Positions 43,457 to 53,235 of a stretch of 64,000 nt of DNA are shown one piece after another (the stretch's first letter is position 1; each line of letters opens with the position of its first letter). Under the pieces are notes generated by a model that saw nothing but the letters and a program-made list of their open reading frames with translations, searched no databases and was not told where the DNA came from. The stretch is from Bacteroidaceae bacterium. Its GTDB lineage: Bacteria; Bacteroidota; Bacteroidia; Bacteroidales; Bacteroidaceae. The DNA lies in NCBI GenBank assembly GCA_024698925.1, contig JAILQO010000022.1, forward strand, positions 26,192-90,191, given 5' to 3'. A program made the translations under genes and the position numbers.

Positions 43457-44350
43457 TTAGAGATTGGCTTGCAGATAGGGACGCAGCGCCTCAACGTCGC
43501 ATCCCTTGCGATGTGCGTAGTCCTGCAACTGGTCTTCGCCAATAGAACCGATGCTGAAATAATGCGCCTCGGGGTGGCTGATCATCAGGCCGCTGACACA
43601 GGCGTGAGGGAGCATGGCGCCATGTTCCGTAAGGCTGATGCCGATGGCCGAGAAATCGATCAGACGGTTGAGATCAAAGTTGAGGCTTTGGTCTGGGAGA
43701 CTGGGGTAACCTACGGCTGGACGGATACCCTGAAAGTGCTCAGCGTGGAGGTCGGGAATGCTTAGCTTCTCGTCTGGAGCATAACCCCAATAGAACTTGC
43801 GAATCGCTTCATGAGCACGTTCAATGGCTGCCTCGGCGAGGCGGTCTGCAAGGGTCTGACATAGCAGATGCTGGTAGTCATCATCCTCATGGAGGCGTTC
43901 AATGGCGGCATCTGCACAGGCGGCAAAGATACCTATACGATCCTGCTTTCTGGCATCATTCACAGGGCGGATATAATCTGCAAGACAAAGAAACGGTTCG
44001 GTCTGTTGGCGCAGGAACGATAGATGTTTGATAGCTCCAGCATCATCAATAACAATGTCATCTCCGTTACTATTGCAGTCGAATAGTCCGAAGCGGACGT
44101 GGACCTGATAGCCTTGCGCATCAAGCGCATTGAGCATTCGTGTGGCTTCCTTGTGCAACTGCATGGCCTCGGAAGCTTTGGGACGGTCCTCCACAGGAAA
44201 ACTGGCAAGCCAAGAAGCACGACAACTGTCACATCCATGAACGCGTCCAATGGCAGCAAAGCGCGCAGGAAATCCCCACGTGTGGAAAAAGTAGATCCAA
44301 TTGATATAAGATTCTACCTCATGGATATGATAATGAAGCGTCTGTGGCAT
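43457..44350 (-). CDS. standalone methionine synthase (MetH) activation / AdoMet-binding domain protein
   Basis: IRPAVGYPSLPDQS...LTEHGAMLPHACVSGLMISHPEAHYFSIGSIGEDQLQDYAHRKG aligns by eye to the C-terminal reactivation domain of E. coli MetH. Start placed at MPQTL (44350). Confidence 0.75.
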   Translation of the reverse strand: MPQTLHYHIHEVESYINWIYFFHTWGFPARFAAIGRVHGCDSCRASWLASFPVEDRPKASEAMQLHKEATRMLNALDAQGYQVHVRFGLFDCNSNGDDIVIDDAGAIKHLSFLRQQTEPFLCLADYIRPVNDARKQDRIGIFAACADAAIERLHEDDDYQHLLCQTLADRLAEAAIERAHEAIRKFYWGYAPDEKLSIPDLHAEHFQGIRPAVGYPSLPDQSLNFDLNRLIDFSAIGISLTEHGAMLPHACVSGLMISHPEAHYFSIGSIGEDQLQDYAHRKGCDVEALRPYLQANL

Positions 44351-44351
44351 G

Positions 44352-45728
44352 TTATCTGAACCGTAACGGCATCGCGTGCTGATTGCCATCAGCAAACACT
44401 CCTTGATGATATATCAGGCGTCCGTTGCAATAGGTCTTTTCTACCTCCCAAGGGAAGACCCGACCTTCAAGGGGACTCCAACCGCAGCGACTGACGATGC
44501 AGTCTTTGGTCAGTGTCCACGCTTGGCGACGAACGAGGACAAGATCGGCTTTCATCCCCTCGCGGATGAAACCTCTGTCGCGGATTTCAAAGAGGCGAGC
44601 GGGGTTGTGGCACATCAACGTCACCAGGCGCTCCATAGACAGAACGCCCTGTTCCATCAGACCGAGCATCGCGGGCAGGGAGAACTGCACCATAGGCATG
44701 CCAGATACGGCGTGCTTGCAACCGCCTTCTTTCTCGGAGAGTAGGTGAGGAGCGTGGTCTGTTCCGATTACAGCAATGCGACCATCGTTGAGGGCTTTGC
44801 GCAAAGCCTCACGGTCCTCACGGCTCTTCACGGCGGGATTACATTTGATGCGTGTGCCCAATGTGTCATAGTCAGCATCGGTGAAGAGAAGGTGGGGAAC
44901 GCAGGCCTCCATCGTAATGGATGATTGCCGTTTGTGATCATCATTCGTCAAGCAGCATTCATCAATCATGTCCAACTCCTCTTTTGTCGTTACATGTGCG
45001 ATGTGTAGGCGGGCTTCAGTCTCTTGTGCTAATTGAACGGCTAGACGAGACGAAGCGATGCAGGCTTCGCGACTACGGATCTCTGCGTGATGACAGACGT
45101 CAGGGTCTTTGCCGTAGCGCGCTTGTGCCGCTGACATGTTCTGATTGATGATGGCAGTATCCTCGCAGTGTGTCATGATGGGTAAAGGGGACTGCTCGAA
45201 AACGGCGCGAAGTGCCTCACCATGATCCACGAGCATTCCTCCTGTGCTGCTGCCCATGAAGAGTTTGACCGCAGGTACCGTGGTAGGGTCGAGTTGATGG
45301 AGTAGGGCAGCGTTGGTATTGGTGGCGCCGAAATGGAAGGCGTAATTCACAAAGGCGTGCTCGCGGCCCATGCGTTGGCGCTCAGTCAATGTCTCTAAAG
45401 AAGTAGTCTGGGGCACCACATTGGGCATATCCATAATGGAAGTAACACCTCCGGCCGCTGCGGCATGTGTCTCAGAAGAGAGATCTCCTTTCTGGGTCAT
45501 CCCAGGCTCGCGGGTGTGGACGTGATCGTCAATGATGCCTGGAAGTAATACAAGAGGTTCATTCCCAGCTTCCCCAGAAAGTGCGGGTTGCGTTATTGCT
45601 GAGAATGGTATCTCTTCCTTATCGGTGATGTGTGCGATGTATTCGCCCTCAATAGTGATATCAGCCCGACGAACTATGCCGTCGGAAACATAGATGATAT
45701 CATTGAAAACTACTTTGTTTGTTTCCAT
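44352..45728 (-). CDS. pyrC: dihydroorotase-like amidohydrolase
   Basis: DDHVHTREPG metal-binding motif and cyclic-amidohydrolase layout. Start placed at METNKVV (45728), after the stop of the upstream gene. Confidence 0.7.
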   Translation of the reverse strand: METNKVVFNDIIYVSDGIVRRADITIEGEYIAHITDKEEIPFSAITQPALSGEAGNEPLVLLPGIIDDHVHTREPGMTQKGDLSSETHAAAAGGVTSIMDMPNVVPQTTSLETLTERQRMGREHAFVNYAFHFGATNTNAALLHQLDPTTVPAVKLFMGSSTGGMLVDHGEALRAVFEQSPLPIMTHCEDTAIINQNMSAAQARYGKDPDVCHHAEIRSREACIASSRLAVQLAQETEARLHIAHVTTKEELDMIDECCLTNDDHKRQSSITMEACVPHLLFTDADYDTLGTRIKCNPAVKSREDREALRKALNDGRIAVIGTDHAPHLLSEKEGGCKHAVSGMPMVQFSLPAMLGLMEQGVLSMERLVTLMCHNPARLFEIRDRGFIREGMKADLVLVRRQAWTLTKDCIVSRCGWSPLEGRVFPWEVEKTYCNGRLIYHQGVFADGNQHAMPLRFR

Positions 45729-45762
45729 GAGGAAAAGCTTTTGTTCCCCTAATTTCGAGAGG

Positions 45763-46515
45763 TTAAAGGCTAGGCTTCTGATTATACTTTCTGAACCATC
45801 CATCCCACCGCAGACGCATCACACCGAATACGGCTTCAGAGAAGATGCCGCCAGACATCTTGCTGGTACCCAACTCTCGGTTGACGAAGATGACAGGCAC
45901 TTCCTTAATCTTGAAACCACATTGCTTGGCGGTGAACTTCATCTCAATCTGGAAAGCGTAACCCTTGAAGCGAACGGCATCCAAATCAATCGTCTCCAAG
46001 ACTTGGCGGCGGTAGCAGACAAAGCCGGCAGTGGTGTCATGAATATCCAGCCCCGTAATCATACGTACATATTTGGAGGCGAAGTAACTCATCAGAACGC
46101 GCCCCATCGGCCAGTTGACAACGTTGACACCTGTGATATAACGTGAACCGATGCTCATATCGTAGCCCTCCTCTTGGCAGGCTGCCAGCAGGCGTGGCAG
46201 ATCTGAAGGGGCGTGACTGAAATCGGCATCCATCTCGAAGATGTAGTCGTATCCGTGCGCTATGGCCCACTTGAAGCCTGAAATATAAGCGGTACCGAGG
46301 CCCAACTTCCCTGAACGTTCCACCAAGAACAGGCGATCCTTGAATTCGTCGGCCATGAGGCGCTTTACGATAGCTGCAGTGCCGTCTGGGGAACCGTCAT
46401 CGATGACAAGGACATGAAAGGTGTGCTCCGGGCGTGATGTCACGGCGCGGATAATGTTCTCGATATTCTCTTTCTCGTTGTAAGTTGGAATGATGACAAT
46501 GCTGTCTGCTTGCAT
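45763..46515 (-). CDS. GT2 polyprenol-phosphate mannosyltransferase-like glycosyltransferase
   Basis: IIPTYNEKENI, VIDDGSPDGT, EMDADFSH. Start placed at MQADSIV (46515), 31 nt downstream of the promoter box. Confidence 0.8.
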   Translation of the reverse strand: MQADSIVIIPTYNEKENIENIIRAVTSRPEHTFHVLVIDDGSPDGTAAIVKRLMADEFKDRLFLVERSGKLGLGTAYISGFKWAIAHGYDYIFEMDADFSHAPSDLPRLLAACQEEGYDMSIGSRYITGVNVVNWPMGRVLMSYFASKYVRMITGLDIHDTTAGFVCYRRQVLETIDLDAVRFKGYAFQIEMKFTAKQCGFKIKEVPVIFVNRELGTSKMSGGIFSEAVFGVMRLRWDGWFRKYNQKPSL

Positions 46516-46545
46516 AAATGCTGTGTTTTGGTGCTTAATTGCCCG

Positions 46546-46553
46546 CAAAGGTA
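46546..46553 (-). promoter_or_regulatory. Bacteroidota -7 promoter box
   Basis: Plus-strand CAAAGGTA equals minus-strand TACCTTTG. Confidence 0.6.
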
Positions 46554-46639
46554 GTATAAAGTTATGAGACAGACGATATGTAGCCCAATAAAAAATGTGA
46601 ATTTTTGCACATCCTCGATAGAAAGTCATAAATAAAGCG

Positions 46640-46647
46640 TACCTTTG
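46640..46647 (+). promoter_or_regulatory. Bacteroidota -7 promoter box
   Basis: TACCTTTG, 24 nt upstream of the GTG start at 46671. Confidence 0.6.
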
Positions 46648-46670
46648 CGCCCTGAAAGATTCCAGACTCC

Positions 46671-49600
46671 GTGGAGATACAGAAGTTGCAGGCGCTATAT
46701 GCGCGTCATCCACAGGTGAAATTGTTAGCTCGTGCCATTGCAAATGAGAAGGTGCGAGCCATACGTGCGTCGGGCTTACAAGCCAGCTCGGCGCCTTTGG
46801 TGTTCTCTGCAATCAACACCACTTTTCCCATTCTGTTCATTCTGGACGATCAGGAAGAGGCTGGTTATTTCTACCATGATCTGGAGCAGGTGCTGGGAGA
46901 ACAGCAGGTGCTGTTTTTCCCATCCTCTTTTCGTCGTGCCGTGAAATTCGGGCAACGAGATGCTGCCAGTGAGATTTTGCGCACAGAGGTACTTGCAAGG
47001 CTAACAACCATAGGCCCTGTGGCGCCGATGGTCGTGAGTTACCCAGAGGCCATAGTCGAACGTGTAGTGTCCAAGAAAACCTTGGATGACAGGACGCTCC
47101 AGATTCATGTCGGCGAACAGGTGGATATCTCATTTTTGGAGCAGACACTGTTGGAGTTTGGCTTTCAGCGCACCGATTATGTTTATGAGCCTGGGCAATT
47201 TGCTGTACGTGGTTCATTGGTGGATGTGTTCTCTTTCAGCTCGGAATATCCTTATCGCATCGATTTCTTTGGAGATGAAGTAGATAGTATTCGCACCTTT
47301 GAGGTTGAGAGTCAGCTTAGCCGCGGTCAACAAGAACTGATATCCCTCGTTCCGGACTTGAGTGAAGAGCAGACCGATACGGTGCCGTTGGCTACACTCC
47401 TGCCAGAACAGACCATTGTTGTTACCAAGGACATCACTTTTGTCGCCGAACGCATTGGGCAGATTTGGGAAGAGGGCTTCAGCCAGCAGGCATTAGTGGA
47501 AGAAAAGAGCAGAGCAGCGGACTCTCCCTCCGCTCTCCCTACAGGGGAGGGTACAAACACCTTTGCCTTGAGAAGGGATTTATTACTCATCGATGCCCCA
47601 ACCTTTGAGCAGGGATTTGCCCCCTTCAAACGCATAGAACTATCCCTTGCTCAAACACATACCACTCCCTCCCTCATAGGGAAGGCGGGGGGAGTGTCCG
47701 CTGTGTCTTTTTCCATTACGCCGCAGCCCATTTTTCACAAGAACTTTGATCTTGTCACGTCTGCCTTCATGGATTACATATTCAAAGGCTACACCATATA
47801 TATATTGGCAGACTCGCAGAAGCAAACGGATCGTTTGAGAGCGATTTTTGAGGAGAAAGGAGAGGGTATTTCCTTTATTCCTGTGGATAAGACCATCCAC
47901 GCAGGCTTCGCCGACAATGACCTGAAAGTGTGCTGTTTTACAGACCATCAGATATTTGACCGCTTCCATAAGTATAATCTTCGTAGTGACCGCGCCAGAT
48001 CGGGAAAAGTGGCGCTTTCGCTCAAAGAATTACAGGAGTTCGAGATGGGCGATTATGTGGTGCATGTTGATCATGGCATCGGGCGCTTTGGCGGTCTTGT
48101 GCGTGTGCCTCAGGCAGATGGCCACATGCAAGAGATGATTAAAATCACGTACGACCGTGACGACGTGGTTTATGTCTCAATCCACGCTCTGCACAAGGTG
48201 TCGAAATATAAGGGAAAGGAGGGTGAACCGCCCCGCATCAGTCGTCTTGGCACAGGCGCTTGGGAGCGCATGAAGGATCGGACGAAAGCTAAGATTAAAG
48301 ATATTGCCCGTGACTTAATCAGACTCTATTCCCGTCGTCGTGAAGAGAAAGGGTTCAAGTTCAGTCCAGACTGCTATATGCAGCATGAACTGGAAGCCAG
48401 CTTCCTCTATGAGGATACCCCAGACCAGTTGAAAGCCACCAATGACGTGAAGGCAGATATGGAGCGCTCACGGCCAATGGATCGTCTGGTGTGTGGTGAC
48501 GTGGGCTTTGGCAAGACAGAGGTGGCCGTACGTGCTGCCTTTAAGGCTGCGGTGGATGGTAAGCAGGTGGCTGTGATGGTTCCTACCACCGTTCTCGCCT
48601 ACCAGCATTTCCATACGTTCTCAGATCGCTTGAAGGATTTACCCGTACGTGTGGATTACCTTACACGAGCGCGAACTCCGAAACAGACAAAGGAGATTCT
48701 GGCAGATTTGGAGGCTGGCAAGATTGACATCATTGTAGGGACTCATAAGCTGATTGGCAAGGTCGTAAAATTCAAGGATCTCGGATTGCTCATTATTGAC
48801 GAAGAGCAGAAATTCGGTGTTGCCACGAAAGAGAAACTACGCCAGATGAAGGTCAACGTAGATACCTTGACTCTTACGGCAACGCCTATCCCCAGAACAC
48901 TGCAGTTCTCGCTCATGGGTGCCCGTGATCTTAGTGTGATCCAAACGCCACCGCCTAACCGATATCCCATTCAGACAGAAGTTCATACTTTTTCGCCCGA
49001 GGTTATTGCCGAGGCCATTAACTTTGAGATGAGTCGTAATGGGCAGGTCTTTATTGTCAATAACCGCATTTCGGGGTTGCCGGAATTGGAGGAAATCGTG
49101 CATAAGTATGTCCCAGATGCTCGTGTAGCCGTGGGACACGGACAGATGCACCCAGAAGAACTGGAACATGTGATGATGGACTTTGCCGCATATGATTACG
49201 ACGTACTTATTTCTACGACCATTATTGAGAGCGGCCTTGATATTCCCAATGCCAATACGATTATCATTTGCGGCGCTCACAATTTTGGACTCGCAGACCT
49301 TCACCAAATGCGTGGTCGCGTGGGACGTTCGAATAAGAAGGCGTTCTGTTATCTGCTAGCACCGCCGCTGGGAGCATTGCCACAAGAATCACGTCGTCGG
49401 TTGCAGGCTATTGAGAATTTTTCAGACCTGGGGAGTGGCATCCATATCGCTATGCAGGATCTTGATATCCGTGGCGCAGGTAATCTTTTGGGCGCAGAAC
49501 AGAGCGGCTTCATTGCTGACCTCGGCTACGAAACGTATCAGAAGATTCTCTCAGAGGCTGTGAAAGAATTGAAGAATGATGAGTTCAAGGAATTATATGC

Positions 49601-50108
49601 TCAACAAGTGGCGAGTGGCGAGGTGACCAGTGGTGAGGATTTCGTGGATGAATGTCAGTTGGAGAGCGATATGCAAATGTCATTCCCGGACACATTTGTC
49701 CCTGGAAGTACCGAGAGGATGCTTCTTTATCGCGAATTGGACGGTCTTGAAAGTGATGAGGCCGTGGAGGCTTTCCGTCATCGGCTCATGGATCGTTTCG
49801 GTCCTATTCCAGAGGAAGCCGAAGAACTGATTCGTGTAGTCCGTCTTCGCCGTCTTGGTAAATATTTCGGTGCAGAACGCGTGATGATTAAGAATGGACG
49901 TATGCGTCTTTATTTTGTGAAAGATGATGATTCGCCTTTCTTCCAGTCGCCTGCTTTCGGACAGTGTATCACTTACTTCTCCCTTCATGCCGCAGATTGT
50001 CGACTTGATGAGGTCAAAGGACGCCGCTCCATGCTTATTCGTGGTGTGAATAGCGTGAAAGAAGCTTGTGAAGTTCTGGAGGATATACGTGCGATCAAGG
50101 AGGGATAA
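46671..50108 (+). CDS. mfd: transcription-repair coupling factor
   Basis: 1145 aa: UvrB-homology region, CarD-like domain (GDYVVHVDHGIGRF), SF2 helicase motifs (GDVGFGKTEV, DEEQKFG) and a TRCF C-terminal domain. The start codon is GTG. Confidence 0.95.
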   Translation: MEIQKLQALYARHPQVKLLARAIANEKVRAIRASGLQASSAPLVFSAINTTFPILFILDDQEEAGYFYHDLEQVLGEQQVLFFPSSFRRAVKFGQRDAASEILRTEVLARLTTIGPVAPMVVSYPEAIVERVVSKKTLDDRTLQIHVGEQVDISFLEQTLLEFGFQRTDYVYEPGQFAVRGSLVDVFSFSSEYPYRIDFFGDEVDSIRTFEVESQLSRGQQELISLVPDLSEEQTDTVPLATLLPEQTIVVTKDITFVAERIGQIWEEGFSQQALVEEKSRAADSPSALPTGEGTNTFALRRDLLLIDAPTFEQGFAPFKRIELSLAQTHTTPSLIGKAGGVSAVSFSITPQPIFHKNFDLVTSAFMDYIFKGYTIYILADSQKQTDRLRAIFEEKGEGISFIPVDKTIHAGFADNDLKVCCFTDHQIFDRFHKYNLRSDRARSGKVALSLKELQEFEMGDYVVHVDHGIGRFGGLVRVPQADGHMQEMIKITYDRDDVVYVSIHALHKVSKYKGKEGEPPRISRLGTGAWERMKDRTKAKIKDIARDLIRLYSRRREEKGFKFSPDCYMQHELEASFLYEDTPDQLKATNDVKADMERSRPMDRLVCGDVGFGKTEVAVRAAFKAAVDGKQVAVMVPTTVLAYQHFHTFSDRLKDLPVRVDYLTRARTPKQTKEILADLEAGKIDIIVGTHKLIGKVVKFKDLGLLIIDEEQKFGVATKEKLRQMKVNVDTLTLTATPIPRTLQFSLMGARDLSVIQTPPPNRYPIQTEVHTFSPEVIAEAINFEMSRNGQVFIVNNRISGLPELEEIVHKYVPDARVAVGHGQMHPEELEHVMMDFAAYDYDVLISTTIIESGLDIPNANTIIICGAHNFGLADLHQMRGRVGRSNKKAFCYLLAPPLGALPQESRRRLQAIENFSDLGSGIHIAMQDLDIRGAGNLLGAEQSGFIADLGYETYQKILSEAVKELKNDEFKELYAQQVASGEVTSGEDFVDECQLESDMQMSFPDTFVPGSTERMLLYRELDGLESDEAVEAFRHRLMDRFGPIPEEAEELIRVVRLRRLGKYFGAERVMIKNGRMRLYFVKDDDSPFFQSPAFGQCITYFSLHAADCRLDEVKGRRSMLIRGVNSVKEACEVLEDIRAIKEG

Positions 50109-50153
50109 ATATAGAAAGTGGGACATATTTTTGGCTGTTTCATAATAGTTGTG

Positions 50154-50161
50154 TATTTTTG
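50154..50161 (+). promoter_or_regulatory. Bacteroidota -7 promoter box
   Basis: TATTTTTG, 31 nt upstream of the ATG at 50192. Confidence 0.55.
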
Positions 50162-50191
50162 CACAGTGAAACAACTTGATATACATACACA

Positions 50192-50569
50192 ATGAAAGAA
50201 GCAATTGCAACAACCAAGGCTCCAGGAGCTATTGGTCCTTACAGCCAAGCGATTCGCGTTGGTAATTTTGTCTATACTTCTGGCCAACTGCCTATTAATC
50301 CAGCAACGGGCGCTTTCCCCGATGGCGGCATAGTGGCACAGACGCGCCAATCACTGCTCAATGTCCAAGCTATTTTGGAAGAGGCCGGCCTTACGATGGC
50401 CAATGTCGTAAAGACTACGGTATTCTTGGCCGACATGGGTGATTTCGCTGCAATGAACGGTGTTTATTCAGAGTTTTTCAAAGAGCCGTTCCCCGCTCGC
50501 TCTGCTGTCGCGGTGAAGACTTTGCCGAAGAATGCACTGGTGGAGATCGAAGTCGTTGCGGCGTCGTAA
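50192..50569 (+). CDS. ridA: RidA family reactive-intermediate deaminase (YjgF/TdcF)
   Basis: APGAIGPYSQA...TTVFLADMGDFAAMNGVY...PARSAV...LPKNALVEIE. Confidence 0.9.
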   Translation: MKEAIATTKAPGAIGPYSQAIRVGNFVYTSGQLPINPATGAFPDGGIVAQTRQSLLNVQAILEEAGLTMANVVKTTVFLADMGDFAAMNGVYSEFFKEPFPARSAVAVKTLPKNALVEIEVVAAS

Positions 50570-50591
50570 TTATATGTGAAATAGATAATTA

Positions 50592-50621
50592 AGGGGCCTC
50601 GATATCTTTGTCGAGGCCCCT
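50592..50621. terminator. bidirectional hairpin terminator
   Basis: AGGGGCCTCGA (50592-50602) pairs with TCGAGGCCCCT (50611-50621), between convergent genes. Confidence 0.65.
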
Positions 50622-50645
50622 GTGATTATTTTGGAAGGCTCCTTT

Positions 50646-51479
50646 TTAATCTTCGTCCTTCTTTTCAGCCTTTTTGCGGCTACTGCGACGCTTGGGCTTT
50701 TCTTCTGAGGGCTTCTGTAGTTCTACGCCAGCCAATTCGGGATCGATCATGATGCGACCACAATATTCGCATACGATGATTTTCTTGCGCATACGGATAT
50801 CCAACTGGCGTTGGGGCGGGATCTTGTTGAAGCAACCACCGCAGGCATCACGCTGGACATAGACGATGCCGAGACCGTTACGGGAGTTCTTGCGGATACG
50901 CTTGAAAGAGGACAGCAGGCGCGGTTCAATCGTAGCCTCAAGGCTCTTGGAGCGCTCACGCAGTTTCTCTTCTTCAGCACGGGTTTCAGCGATAATCTCA
51001 TCAAGCTCGCTTTTCTTGATGTCGAGGTCGGAGCGGCGCTCAGTGACGGTATCGGAGCAACGACGAATTTCTTCCTGCTTGCTTTCTAAAATGTTTGCAG
51101 CCTCGCGGATTTTCTTCTCGTTGAGCTGATTGTCGAGCTGAAGATATTCGATTTCCTTGGTCAGGTTCTCGTATTCGCGGTTGTTGCGTACTTTGTCAAG
51201 TTGACCTGTGTAACGCTCGATGTTGGCGTTGTTGTCTTGGATAGCAACACGACGACGAGACACTTCTTCTTGAATGGCAGCCATGTCGGACTGCATGCGC
51301 TCAATGCGTGTCGTGAGACCTTCAATCTCATCTTCGAGATCTTGAACTTCCAACGGCAGCTCGCCGCGGAGGGTCTTGATTTTGTCAATCTCCGAGAGCA
51401 TCGTCTGGAGTTGATACAAGTTCTTCAGTTTCTCTTCAATGCTGAGATCCTGAGGTTCCTTTTTTGATTCTCTTGCCAT
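50646..51479 (-). CDS. coiled-coil zinc-ribbon protein (COG1579-like)
   Basis: Long coiled coil followed by a C4 ribbon (CGGC...CEYCGR) and a basic tail; the usual partner of Nif3. Confidence 0.7.
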   Translation of the reverse strand: MARESKKEPQDLSIEEKLKNLYQLQTMLSEIDKIKTLRGELPLEVQDLEDEIEGLTTRIERMQSDMAAIQEEVSRRRVAIQDNNANIERYTGQLDKVRNNREYENLTKEIEYLQLDNQLNEKKIREAANILESKQEEIRRCSDTVTERRSDLDIKKSELDEIIAETRAEEEKLRERSKSLEATIEPRLLSSFKRIRKNSRNGLGIVYVQRDACGGCFNKIPPQRQLDIRMRKKIIVCEYCGRIMIDPELAGVELQKPSEEKPKRRSSRKKAEKKDED

Positions 51480-51489
51480 TTTTTTATGA

Positions 51490-52290
51490 TTATAGAATAT
51501 GTATTGGATTCGTACTCACTTCCGTGTCGTAAACAGGTAGGGTAGGGGCTACCTTCTCAATGATATCACGGAAAATTTCGCGGGTGTATTGTTCGCTTTC
51601 GTAGTGCCCTAAGACGGCAATCTGGATTTGTTGCTCGTGCCCGAACCAGTTGTGATAATGCATCTCACCGGTGAGGAAGGCATCGGCCTCAGCATGTAGG
51701 GCTTCGTCCAGAAGGAAATCTCCGGCACCACCACATATAGCGACGCTTTGGACTTGGCGTTCCAGCAAGGCATTGTGCTGCAAAGCCTCAATACCGAAGG
51801 CCTGCTTAACGCGCTGCAGAAAAGCTAAGGAATCCTCCCCCTGTGGTAGATAGCCAATGATGCCACTACCGCTTTTGACTTGGCGACCGTCGGCTAGCGT
51901 GATTGTTTTTGAAGAGAGAAACTGTACATCGAAAAGGCCTAACTTCTCTGCCATCTTGAAGTTTACGCCATCCTCGGCATTGTCAAGGTTCGTGTGAGCG
52001 CTATAGAGACAAATGTCATTTTGGATGGCCATTCGGATGCAACGTTGCACCTGTGTGGCATCGGCAACTTGTTTGAGACCATGAAACAGGACGGGGTGAT
52101 GGCTCACAACAAGGTTGCAACCGAGATCGATGGCTTCGCTGAGCACCTCTTCGGTCACGTCTAAACACAATAATACCCCTGAAACCTCCGTCTCTGTTAA
52201 TCCACATTGCAGGCCGGCATTGTCGTAGCTCTCCTGTAAGGGCAGAGGCGCGAATCGTTCAAGGGCAGCAATAATTTCCTTGATTCTCAC
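51490..52290 (-). CDS. Nif3-like dinuclear metal centre protein (YbgI family)
   Basis: WDNxGL-like YDNAGLQ, VVSHHP and AHTNLD motifs. Confidence 0.85.
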   Translation of the reverse strand: MRIKEIIAALERFAPLPLQESYDNAGLQCGLTETEVSGVLLCLDVTEEVLSEAIDLGCNLVVSHHPVLFHGLKQVADATQVQRCIRMAIQNDICLYSAHTNLDNAEDGVNFKMAEKLGLFDVQFLSSKTITLADGRQVKSGSGIIGYLPQGEDSLAFLQRVKQAFGIEALQHNALLERQVQSVAICGGAGDFLLDEALHAEADAFLTGEMHYHNWFGHEQQIQIAVLGHYESEQYTREIFRDIIEKVAPTLPVYDTEVSTNPIHIL

Positions 52291-52312
52291 GTCTGTTACG
52301 CTTTTTCGGGTG

Positions 52313-52320
52313 CAAAGATA
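52313..52320 (-). promoter_or_regulatory. Bacteroidota -7 promoter box
   Basis: Plus-strand CAAAGATA equals minus-strand TATCTTTG, 23 nt upstream of the ATG at 52290. Confidence 0.6.
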
Positions 52321-52415
52321 CGGATTATTTTACAATTATCCATTCATAACCCGTATTTATTTTGTAATCTTCTCCATTTTTTTGCCTTTTATGCCGCAGA
52401 TCCCTATTTTTTTTG

Positions 52416-52423
52416 TACTTTTG
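52416..52423 (+). promoter_or_regulatory. Bacteroidota -7 promoter box
   Basis: TACTTTTG, 60 nt upstream of the ATG at 52483. Confidence 0.55.
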
Positions 52424-52482
52424 CAGCCCAAATATTGTAGCCCTTCGATGAGGGCTCATTACCTCGTTAATTATTCATTCGT

Positions 52483-53091
52483 ATGTTGACACGTGCAATT
52501 CTTCGCGCCCTATGCGCATTGCTTGTTGGATTCTTGCTTATTAGTAATCCGACAGACATGACGGTCCTGATTGTTCAAATCATCGGCGGCCTTTTTGCCC
52601 TTTCTGGCCTTATTGCTATGGTGGGCTATTTTACGTCTCGTGCCAAGTCGTTGGGCTTCCGTCCAGTCTTCCCTGTCGTTGGTATTGGAAGTCTTGCCTT
52701 TGGTGTGTGCCTATTTGTCTGGCCGAGCCAGTTCGTAAGTATCCTGATGTATGTATTGGGAGGGCTTTTGACTATTATTGGAACTTGGCAGATTTTTAAC
52801 TTAATTGGAAACCGGAAGTTCGCCCCTATTACATGGTCGCTATTCGTCCTTCCGTTGATGATTGTCGCTGCTGGGGCTTTTGTGATCATTAATCCAATCG
52901 AAGGGGCTTCGATTCCATTTATAATCCTTGGTTCTGCCTTTATTGTTTATGGCGTTTGCGAGTTCCTTTTGGGTATCCGCTTCTATCGTTATCATCGTCT
53001 CTTTGAGGCTGCTGAGACAAAAGACGCAGAAGTGTTGGAGGTCACGGATGTGCTCACGGATTCTGACGAAACAGATACGGTGGAGAAGTAA
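52483..53091 (+). CDS. membrane protein, DUF308/HdeD-like
   Basis: 202 aa with six hydrophobic helices in paired repeats and an acidic C-terminal tail. Confidence 0.45.
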   Translation: MLTRAILRALCALLVGFLLISNPTDMTVLIVQIIGGLFALSGLIAMVGYFTSRAKSLGFRPVFPVVGIGSLAFGVCLFVWPSQFVSILMYVLGGLLTIIGTWQIFNLIGNRKFAPITWSLFVLPLMIVAAGAFVIINPIEGASIPFIILGSAFIVYGVCEFLLGIRFYRYHRLFEAAETKDAEVLEVTDVLTDSDETDTVEK

Positions 53092-53160
53092 AACTTCCAT
53101 AATCTGCATATTATCAGCAAAAAACTTTCATTTTTAGGCGGTAGATCAAAATAATTTATG

Positions 53161-53168
53161 TACCTTTG
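53161..53168 (+). promoter_or_regulatory. Bacteroidota -7 promoter box
   Basis: TACCTTTG, 68 nt upstream of the rpsA ATG. Confidence 0.6.
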
Positions 53169-53235
53169 CGCCCGAGTTTTCAACAATATAATGTCTAACT
53201 CTATTTAACTCATTCATTTTTATTTAATTAACCCT

